Shown here piece by piece: positions 40,067 to 47,026 of a stretch of DNA of 47,026 nt (its first letter is position 1; the number at the start of each line of letters is the position of its first letter). A program made the position numbers and the translations under genes. Below the pieces are notes generated by a model. That model was not told the DNA's origin, made no database searches, and saw only the letters and a list, made by a program, of their open reading frames with translations. The stretch comes from a bacterium (GTDB lineage Bacteria; Lernaellota; Lernaellaia; Lernaellales; Lernaellaceae). The stretch lies in the NCBI GenBank assembly GCA_036743315.1, contig DAINPV010000002.1, forward strand, positions 1 through 47,026, written 5' to 3'.

Positions 40067-42109
40067 ATGCCTTTCTCTAAAAATTTTATGGTTCTGCTCC
40101 TTGTCTTTGCCCTATTCGCGGTTGCGTGCGGCGACGATGATGATGACGATGACGATCTGTCCGTCGACGACGATGTGGCCGACGACGATTCCACACCCGC
40201 CGATGACGACGACGATTCCCTCGATGACGATGACAATGATGACGACGACACGCCGCCGCCGACGTTGTCGGGTGTTTACGCGGTCAGCGGCGAGGATGAA
40301 CAATACGGCGCCTACAGCGGTTGGGCGGAAATCCGCACGAGCGAAACGGGCCTTGTCTTTGTGCGAACCATCGAATACGCCGCCGCCGACTTCGAGGGCG
40401 ACGCCGTCGCGGCCGCGTGGAGCGGCGAGGTGACCGGCAATCTGAGCGGCTTTGTCGCGTCCGCCTCGCTGGAGCGCATCGGCTTCATGACCGCTTATGG
40501 CGATTTCACGCGCAACCTGGAAGATGTCGATCCGCTGTCGGTCAGCGCGACGTTCATACCGACGGGCAAGGGATCGTTCGACGGAACCTTCATCGGCGAC
40601 GAGACAATTAGTGCGACGGAGAACTGGACCTGGACCGAGGCGAACGGCGACGCGCCGATTTGGACGAACGAGCGGCAACGCATCGCCACGCACGCGCCGC
40701 TCGGCGACGGCTTGCACAACCTGCTGTTCGGCGTGTTCGGCGGTTTCATCGACCGCGAGGAAATGGACCCCTATCGCGATCGCGAGGATTTTCAATCAGC
40801 GCTGCACACAATCTTCTTCGATCCCACCGACTTCGATTTTTACCGCGCCAATCCGGACGTCCTGCGCGTGATCCAGAAGACGATCGACCCGGTCAGCCTG
40901 GCCGAAACGCGCTTACGCAATCGCGCATACCGCCAGACGCTGGCCGAGAAAGCGGCATTTTTCGACGCCGACATGCACGCGCGGCACATCAACGGCGCGG
41001 GGATGATCAGCGCGAGCACCGGCGAGGGCGAAGACCTCGTGTTTCATGACGATATGTCCAGCATGTTGTGGACCGGCGTATACATCGGCAGCCAGGCGCT
41101 ACGCTATCTGGCCACCGGCGAGGCCGAGGCGCTCGAGCACGTGGCGACCTGCGTACGCGGGCAGGTGCTGGCCTACGACATTGTGCCGGAAATCGGCGCG
41201 TTTGCGCGCAGCCTGCGAGTGCACGACGAGAACATGCCCGGCGGTTGGGTGCGCGGCGAGGCGCCTTTTGAGAATTACGATTATCTGCCCGGCGGCAACA
41301 ACGACATGTTGCACGGCTACCAAATCGGTTTCTTCTTCGCGGGCATGGTGCTGCTGGATAACCCGGCCTACGCGGATCTGGCGGCCGACATGATCCGCGT
41401 GCTCGCCGAGTTGGAAGAATACCATCCCGACGCCGCCGACGGCATGATCAACGAAATGAAGATGAACATGCTGCTGTTCTACCTCGACGGCGACGACGCC
41501 TATCGGCAGCGGTACCGGCAGTTGCTCAACAATTTCTTTTACGACTTGTTCCTCGAGGAATTGGGCAACGGCAGTTTTTACCTCTACGGCATCTCGGACT
41601 GGTCGGGCAATCATCTGAACGCGCAATCGCTGATCGTGCTGACCTGGCTGGCCGAACTGCTGGAAGACGATTCGCTCGAAGAACTGCGCCACGGTTGTCG
41701 GCGCGCGTACTGGATGATGCACGGTCCGCGCCTGCCGTTGTTTTTGACGACCATGGCCGCGTTGGGCTGGGATGAACCGGACGAGGCGCGCTTGGAAGAA
41801 GGCCTGTGGCGCCTGCGCGAATTTCCCACGCCGAAAACGCATTACGACATCGACTGGGAAATCAATCCGGGCTTTTGCCTGAGTCCGTTCCCGTCGTTGC
41901 CGTGGAAGTTCGACTGGTGGACGTCCAACGATCGCTTCTTCAGCCTGTACGGCTATCCTTTGTTCGAGCAGGGCGTGGACAATTTTATGTTCCGCAACTC
42001 TCCCTTCGGTTACCGCGACGGGGCCTCGGATCGTTCCGAGTTTTCCGCCGAATACCTCTATGTCTATTGGCTGCTTTACCAACGTGGACTGATTACGGGT
42101 GACGAATGA
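40067..42109 (+). CDS. lipoprotein with poly-Asp tether and large uncharacterised helical domain
   Basis: The lipobox is LFAVAC (Cys21). It is followed by 27 Asp in 39 residues, ending in TPPP. A ~160-aa beta-rich region comes next. The remaining ~450 aa are helical-repeat-like (possibly an alpha/alpha toroid). No family recognised. Confidence 0.7.
   Translation: MPFSKNFMVLLLVFALFAVACGDDDDDDDDLSVDDDVADDDSTPADDDDDSLDDDDNDDDDTPPPTLSGVYAVSGEDEQYGAYSGWAEIRTSETGLVFVRTIEYAAADFEGDAVAAAWSGEVTGNLSGFVASASLERIGFMTAYGDFTRNLEDVDPLSVSATFIPTGKGSFDGTFIGDETISATENWTWTEANGDAPIWTNERQRIATHAPLGDGLHNLLFGVFGGFIDREEMDPYRDREDFQSALHTIFFDPTDFDFYRANPDVLRVIQKTIDPVSLAETRLRNRAYRQTLAEKAAFFDADMHARHINGAGMISASTGEGEDLVFHDDMSSMLWTGVYIGSQALRYLATGEAEALEHVATCVRGQVLAYDIVPEIGAFARSLRVHDENMPGGWVRGEAPFENYDYLPGGNNDMLHGYQIGFFFAGMVLLDNPAYADLAADMIRVLAELEEYHPDAADGMINEMKMNMLLFYLDGDDAYRQRYRQLLNNFFYDLFLEELGNGSFYLYGISDWSGNHLNAQSLIVLTWLAELLEDDSLEELRHGCRRAYWMMHGPRLPLFLTTMAALGWDEPDEARLEEGLWRLREFPTPKTHYDIDWEINPGFCLSPFPSLPWKFDWWTSNDRFFSLYGYPLFEQGVDNFMFRNSPFGYRDGASDRSEFSAEYLYVYWLLYQRGLITGDE
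40133..40261 (+). repeat. GAC/GAT (Asp codon) low-complexity coding repeat
   Basis: It encodes D8-LSV-D3-VA-D3-STPA-D5-SL-D4-N-D4-TPPP. Confidence 0.9.
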
Positions 42110-43908
42110 TGAAAAGACGAATGGTCCTGATGGCGTTTCTCCTGACGCTGTCGATCGGCGCGACGACCGCCGCGGCGCAGGAACACAAGTACGCGCTGAG
42201 CGTGTTTCACTTCAACATCCAGTACGTCATCGGCGGACTGTACGGCTTCGTGCCGCTGCCGGTCGACTACCCGCTGTGGGAGATCGGTCCGGACGAAGCC
42301 GAGGACATGATCGTCATCGAGAGCTTCAAACCGATTCTCGATCTGCTCGAGGATCATCCCGACTGGACGCTCTCGCTGGAGTTGCAGGCGTACTTCATCG
42401 AGGTGCTCGCCGAGCGGCATCCGGAGATACTTACGCAGTTGCGCGAACTGGCGCAAGGCGGACAGGTCGAGCTGATCAGCTTCCACTACGCCGACCAGTT
42501 GTTCATCGCGTTCCCCTATGAGGATTGGCGGCGCAGCAACGAGCGTACGCTGCAGGTGTTCGCCGAATACGATCTGCCGTTGTCGGGTGCGGTGTTCTGC
42601 CAGGAGGGGCAGGGCGCGCAGGGCATGGCGCGGCGGATGGAAGAAAACGGATATTCGGTCATGGCTTGGCCGAAGAACCTGTGGAAGTACCAGTACGGCG
42701 ACGAACCGGCCAAGCCGTATTACACCTTCGGCAACATCCACCTTGTGCAAGCCGGCAAGGGCGTCGACGACGCGGCGACCGGCGTGCAAACGACCTGGAC
42801 GTTCATGGGCGACGGCGAGCTGCTGGCCACCGGCGATTGGGACCCGTACTTTCCCTGGTTCTTCCATACCAACGACGACGCGGTGGCGGAATACGAGACG
42901 AACCTGCAATCGCTGGCTGATGAGGGGTACGTTATCAGCGGCATCGCCGATTACGTCGAGGATCTGATCGACCAGGGCATCGCGCCGGAGGATCCGCCGA
43001 ATCTGCTCGACGGCACATGGCAGCCGGGCAGCACCGAAAGCGTGTCGATGTGGCTCGGGCGCGGCGGTCTGTGGCGTAAAGACGAACGCGACAATCACGT
43101 GCGCACCATGTGCATGATGGGTCATAAGGAATTAATGGCCGCCGAAACGGCCGCCGCGGTCGCCGGTCTGGATTACCGCGACACGCTCGATGAGGCGTGG
43201 CGGCAACTGTTCATGGCCGAGGTTTCCGACGGTTCCGGCATCAACCCGTATCGGGGCGAGGTGGAGTTCACCATCGCCAGCGCCGCCGAAGCGATCCGTG
43301 TGGCGCGCGAGATCATTGAGCGGGCCAAAACCGCGTTGGCAATGGAGCACGTGCTCATCGACACCGCCGCCGGCACGGTGACCGAGGGAGTTTTTTCCTG
43401 GCCGGGCGTCGAGGTGGCCGAAGCGCCGCTGACTGTCACGGTCCAGGCGAAAAAGCGCGAGCACACCGCGCGCTGGTTCAAGCTGAGCGACGATCCGGAA
43501 ACCTATCGGTTGGAAATCGCCTTTACGGCCGGCGAGGACAAGGAAGCGCGCGAGAACAGCATCACCTTCCCCGGCACGGGCGACCAAGTGTTGACGACCA
43601 CCGCGTTGATCGACGATGAAATCCGCTCCTACACGCGGTCGGACTTCACCTTTGAGGACGGCCATTTCTACCTGCCCGTGCCGATCGGCCTGGTCGGGCT
43701 GGGCGGCGGTTGGTGGGTGATCAAGGACATGGCCAACGTGCATCTGGCCGCACGGATCACCGACAGTGATCCGGACGTCATGTTCGAGGATCTGACGCCG
43801 CCGTGGTCGGAAACGATCACCTGGATTTTCTACCTGATCGAGGGCGACGATGCGCAGGCGTTGGCGCTGGCCGATTCGATCAACGTGCATCCCACGTTGG
43901 CGCGCTAG
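42106..43908 (+). CDS. secreted glycoside hydrolase family 57-like protein
   Basis: There is an ATGA overlap with the upstream gene. The signal peptide is MMKRRMVLMAFLLTLSIGATTAAA/Q. Four motifs resemble GH57 conserved regions: FHFNIQY, GGQVELISFHYADQ, FCQEGQG and MGDGELL. In GH57, the last two of these regions carry the catalytic Glu and Asp. The assignment is from memory and tentative. Confidence 0.55.
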   Translation: MMKRRMVLMAFLLTLSIGATTAAAQEHKYALSVFHFNIQYVIGGLYGFVPLPVDYPLWEIGPDEAEDMIVIESFKPILDLLEDHPDWTLSLELQAYFIEVLAERHPEILTQLRELAQGGQVELISFHYADQLFIAFPYEDWRRSNERTLQVFAEYDLPLSGAVFCQEGQGAQGMARRMEENGYSVMAWPKNLWKYQYGDEPAKPYYTFGNIHLVQAGKGVDDAATGVQTTWTFMGDGELLATGDWDPYFPWFFHTNDDAVAEYETNLQSLADEGYVISGIADYVEDLIDQGIAPEDPPNLLDGTWQPGSTESVSMWLGRGGLWRKDERDNHVRTMCMMGHKELMAAETAAAVAGLDYRDTLDEAWRQLFMAEVSDGSGINPYRGEVEFTIASAAEAIRVAREIIERAKTALAMEHVLIDTAAGTVTEGVFSWPGVEVAEAPLTVTVQAKKREHTARWFKLSDDPETYRLEIAFTAGEDKEARENSITFPGTGDQVLTTTALIDDEIRSYTRSDFTFEDGHFYLPVPIGLVGLGGGWWVIKDMANVHLAARITDSDPDVMFEDLTPPWSETITWIFYLIEGDDAQALALADSINVHPTLAR

Positions 43909-43918
43909 GGAGGTAACG

Positions 43919-44503
43919 ATGAAACGCGGTTGGATGATTTGGTTGATGCTGCTACCGACACTGTTTTTCGCGCTGGTGGCCTGCGATAAAAACGACGATG
44001 ACGACGACAATGATGCGGCCGCGGACGACGACACGTCCGCCGACGATGACGACGACGACACGATGCCCGCCGACGATGACGATGACGACGACGATGCGCC
44101 GCCGCCGCTGGAGACCGGGCGTTTCCTGCTGCACATGGATTTCGAAACCGATTTCCGCGCGCACCTGCGCCTGGTGCAGTACAGCGACGATACTTTCACC
44201 GGGCAGTTTCTGCCCAAGCAATCGTTCGACGTGATCACGGCCGACGTGCCGCTGGAGGGCGCGGGCAAGATGATCCGCTTCCCCGAAGCGCTGGGGCGGA
44301 TGATCGTCCTCAAGTTCCAGGGACCGGCGGTGAGCGGCGGCAAGTGCGGCGACCTGCCGGTGTCTTATTCGCTGGCGTTGACCGCGAAGGAGGACAACGG
44401 TTACCTGGTCGGCGGCCTGACCGCCTATTGCGGTGCGAACACCTTCTATGGCCGACCGGCGCGCGTGATGCGTCTGTCGGGTTTGCAGACGCCCGAAGAG
44501 TAA
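43919..44503 (+). CDS. small lipoprotein with poly-Asp tether
   Basis: GGGAGG SD. The lipobox is FALVAC (Cys22). It is followed by 24 Asp in 37 residues, ending in APPP. A ~130-aa globular domain with two Cys follows. No family recognised. Confidence 0.65.
   Translation: MKRGWMIWLMLLPTLFFALVACDKNDDDDDNDAAADDDTSADDDDDDTMPADDDDDDDDAPPPLETGRFLLHMDFETDFRAHLRLVQYSDDTFTGQFLPKQSFDVITADVPLEGAGKMIRFPEALGRMIVLKFQGPAVSGGKCGDLPVSYSLALTAKEDNGYLVGGLTAYCGANTFYGRPARVMRLSGLQTPEE
43985..44107 (+). repeat. GAC/GAT (Asp codon) low-complexity coding repeat
   Basis: It encodes D-KN-D5-N-D-AAA-D3-TSA-D6-TMPA-D8-APPP. Confidence 0.9.
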
Positions 44504-44636
44504 ACTCGTTCGCCAAACAATCAGCCGCTCGTCGTGAGGCGGGCGGCTGTTCGTTTAAATGGATACGCCCGGTAGAAAACAACGGCCTGAGCGACTACCG
44601 GGCGTTTATGTAGGGATACGCGACCTAATTTGCGTT

Positions 44637-45239
44637 TTACAGGTAACCTAGATCCTTCAACCGTTTCTTGATCTTCTCTTCCTCATCCGCGCTGTAATCG
44701 GCGTTTTCGTCGGCCGGGATATAGCCCATCAGTTCGAGAGTGCGGATGATTTTATCGTGCGACTCGACCACCGATTCGGCGGCGGTTTTGACCACGACTT
44801 CCGGATTGACCGGCGCCTCGTAGGGATCGTCCACGCCGGTGAAGCCTTTGATTTCGCCGGCCAGCGCCTTTTTGTACAAACCTTTCACGTCGCGTTCGAC
44901 CAGGGTGTCCATCGGCGCTTCACAATACACTTCGACGAACCGGCCGATCAGCGCGCGGTTTTCGTCGCGAATGGCTTTGTAGGGGCTGATCGCCGCGGCG
45001 ATGGCGGCCACGCCGTTGCGGGTCAACAGGTTGCAGACGAAGCCGATGCGGCGGATGTTGATGTCGCGGTCTTCCTTGGAGAAGCCCAAGCCCTTGCTCA
45101 GGTTGGTGCGAACCACGTCGCCGTCGAGCACTTCGACGTTTAAGCCGCGTTCGAGCAGCGTTTCCTCGACCATCTGGGCGAGGGTGCTTTTGCCGCTGCC
45201 GGAAAGGCCGGTAAACCAAATGGTGAATCCTTTGCGCAT
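44637..45239 (-). CDS. cysC: adenylyl-sulfate kinase
   Basis: [17 protein letters not shown] (P-loop), [31 protein letters not shown] and ISPY are canonical APS kinase motifs. Confidence 0.95.
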   Translation of the reverse strand: MRKGFTIWFTGLSGSGKSTLAQMVEETLLERGLNVEVLDGDVVRTNLSKGLGFSKEDRDINIRRIGFVCNLLTRNGVAAIAAAISPYKAIRDENRALIGRFVEVYCEAPMDTLVERDVKGLYKKALAGEIKGFTGVDDPYEAPVNPEVVVKTAAESVVESHDKIIRTLELMGYIPADENADYSADEEEKIKKRLKDLGYL

Positions 45240-45258
45240 GATTTCTTCCTCTCTTATC

Positions 45259-46638
45259 TTACAGAATGCTGGATCCGATCATGTCGTCCGGGATTTCGAT
45301 GCCGAAGAAATCGAGGATCGTGGGAGCGACGTCGTAGATCGAATATTGTTTCAGTTGTTTCGCTTGCTGCTCGCCCGGCAAAGCGCAGACGAGAATGCCG
45401 TTGTAATCGTGATTGGCGTCGTCGGGACCGGTGTCGTTTTCGAAGATGTGAATTTGGCCGCCGCCGACGGTGCCCGCGCTGCGCCAAGCCAGATCGCCGA
45501 AGTACACGATCAGGTCGGGCGCGACGTTGTTGACGTGTTTGTACACGTTTTCCGGCCGCAACACTTTGGTGCCGATGTTCACGCCTTTTTCGTCGACGAT
45601 CGCTTCCATCGCGCGCTGCACTTCGTCGCGGAAGGCGGCGTAGTCGGCCGGGTCGACGATGCCCTCGGGCTCGCGGCCTTTGACGTTGAAGAAGATCCGG
45701 CTGTAGTAGCCGCCTTCGCCCCAGACCTTGGTTTTGGACCAGTCGATATTGTCCATCTTCAGTTTGGTGGCGCCGGTCGGCTGCTCTTTCAGCGTCAGCC
45801 AGCCTTTCTGGATCAGCCAATCGTTGATGCAGATCGCACCGACCATTGTGCGCGCGCCGTGATCGGAAACCATCATCACGGCGGTTTCATCGTCGATCAC
45901 TTCCAGCAGCTCGCCGATGCGCTCGTCGAGGTACCGGTAATAGTCGCGGATGGCGAACTCGTATTTGTGGCCCGGCTCGTAAAGGCGATGGTCTTTGGCG
46001 TGATAGCGCCAGAAGCCGTGATGAATGCGGTCCACGCCCATCTCGACCATCATGTAGAAGTCGTGTTCGTTGGCCTTGAGCGCTTCGCGGAACACCTTGA
46101 AGCGGCGTTCGGTCATTTTGTAGATCTGTTCCAGCAACCAGTCTTTGTCCTCGGTGCGGAAGTCCTTCACGTCGATAATGTAGTCGCCGCCGGCCCACGC
46201 GTCGATCTGCGCCGCGGCCTCGGCCGGGTAGGTCCACTGCACTTGCTTGTTCGGGGTCAGGAAGCTCGCGGCCAGCACGCCGCGCAACGACTTGGGCGGG
46301 TAGGTTTGCGGCACGCCGAGAATAAAGCTGCTCAGGCGATTGCGCGACAGGTAATTCCAGGCGCGCTTTTCCTTCACGTAATCGTTGTTGGCGAAGTACA
46401 GCGCCTTGTAGCCGTAGTCCGCGCGGTTGCGGAAACCGTAGAAGCCCAGCGTGCCCGGGTCCTTGCTGGTGAGCATCGAGGTCCAGGCCGGCACGGTGAT
46501 CGGCGGGTCGGTGCTGCGCATCGGGCCGTACACGCCGCGCTCCATCAACCGTTTGGTGTGCGGCATGACGTCGACGAACTGCTCGAAAACCAAGCGCGGA
46601 TCGGCGCAATCCAAACCGATGATGACCAGTTTCTTCAC
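45259..46638 (-). CDS. alkaline phosphatase superfamily protein (type I phosphodiesterase/nucleotide pyrophosphatase-like)
   Basis: [10 protein letters not shown], the nucleophile region [33 protein letters not shown] and DDANHD. It sits between sat and cysC on the same strand, with gaps of 9 and 19 nt. Confidence 0.8.
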   Translation of the reverse strand: MKKLVIIGLDCADPRLVFEQFVDVMPHTKRLMERGVYGPMRSTDPPITVPAWTSMLTSKDPGTLGFYGFRNRADYGYKALYFANNDYVKEKRAWNYLSRNRLSSFILGVPQTYPPKSLRGVLAASFLTPNKQVQWTYPAEAAAQIDAWAGGDYIIDVKDFRTEDKDWLLEQIYKMTERRFKVFREALKANEHDFYMMVEMGVDRIHHGFWRYHAKDHRLYEPGHKYEFAIRDYYRYLDERIGELLEVIDDETAVMMVSDHGARTMVGAICINDWLIQKGWLTLKEQPTGATKLKMDNIDWSKTKVWGEGGYYSRIFFNVKGREPEGIVDPADYAAFRDEVQRAMEAIVDEKGVNIGTKVLRPENVYKHVNNVAPDLIVYFGDLAWRSAGTVGGGQIHIFENDTGPDDANHDYNGILVCALPGEQQAKQLKQYSIYDVAPTILDFFGIEIPDDMIGSSIL

Positions 46639-46647
46639 CGTTGCCTC

Positions 46648-47026
46648 CTACGCCTCTTCGCTCTGGTAGAACTTCATCAGGATGTCCGCCACTTCCGGCC
46701 GGGTGAATTCCACCGGCGGACGCTGGCCCGCGGCGAGCATTTCGCGGACTTTGGTGCCCGACAGGAACACGCGGTCTTCCTTGCCGTGCGGGCAGGTCTT
46801 GATCGAGGCCATGTTGCCGCAGGCGTTGCAGAAAAAGGAATGGTCGAAGAACAGGGGCGTGATGCCGAGTTCCTTGGGGTCGAATTCATCAAAAATATAG
46901 TGCGCGTCATACGTGCCGTAGTAATTGCCCACCCCGGCATGGTCCCGGCCCACGATAAAATGCGTGCATCCGTAATTTTTTCGCACGATGGCGTGCATGA
47001 TCGCCTCGCGCGGCCCCGCGTACCGC
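46648..47026 (-). CDS. sat: sulfate adenylyltransferase (ATP sulfurylase), C-terminal part; gene continues beyond the window
   Basis: [33 protein letters not shown]...[12 protein letters not shown]...[20 protein letters not shown]. The frame is open to the right window edge. Confidence 0.9.
   Translation of the reverse strand, partial: RYAGPREAIMHAIVRKNYGCTHFIVGRDHAGVGNYYGTYDAHYIFDEFDPKELGITPLFFDHSFFCNACGNMASIKTCPHGKEDRVFLSGTKVREMLAAGQRPPVEFTRPEVADILMKFYQSEEA

Noticed and set aside
41099-44343. Long - strand ORFs (41099-42082, 42076-43125, 43132-44343) and Ser-rich or Thr-rich ORFs in other frames of the poly-Asp tracts (3299-3547, 3382-3657, 40018-40251, 43998-44234)
   Set aside because: They are frame or antisense artefacts of GAC/GAT repeats and high G+C. 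Only the Asp-reading frames have SD sequences, signal peptides or lipoboxes, and folded-looking domains.

Overview
A 47-kb chromosomal segment of a Gram-negative-type bacterium, about 60% G+C by eye. I call about 47 protein genes and one tRNA-Arg(CCT). I saw no rRNA, CRISPR array, transposase or integrase. An AgmX/PglI-like C-terminal domain, an AKP-rich histone-H1-like tail and poly-Asp lipoprotein tethers hint at a Myxococcota-like or related uncultured lineage; this cannot be proven from the window. Housekeeping genes: EndoIII-related glycosylase, B12-radical SAM enzyme, GAF-GAF-GGDEF cyclase, uppP, hemL, IHF-beta-like protein, sucCD, lysophospholipase-like hydrolase with an acyl-CoA ligase, and a rhomboid protease. 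A cell-surface glycan locus on the + strand holds uppP, gmd and rmd (9.9-12.7 kb), then a tightly coupled pseC-like / PIG-L / wza / wzz / NTase-like / AP-family / wzx run (15.6-24.1 kb). A MacAB-type efflux operon lies on the - strand (24.1-29.1 kb). A sat / AP-family / cysC PAPS cluster runs off the right edge. Most unusual items: (1) a lower-G+C three-gene insert at 12.7-15.6 kb (DUF342/FapA-like, an overlapping pentapeptide-repeat gene, and an excisionase-type HTH) that splits the glycan locus; (2) a three-gene extracytoplasmic module at 40.1-44.5 kb, two lipoproteins with poly-Asp tethers flanking a secreted GH57-like protein; (3) a 90-aa secreted poly-Asp peptide ending in GGCGCL; (4) an acyl-reductase-type SDR with a 104-aa histone-H1-like Lys/Ala/Pro tail; (5) an alkaline-phosphatase-superfamily gene embedded in the PAPS operon. 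All family calls rest on motif recognition by eye. No database search was run.
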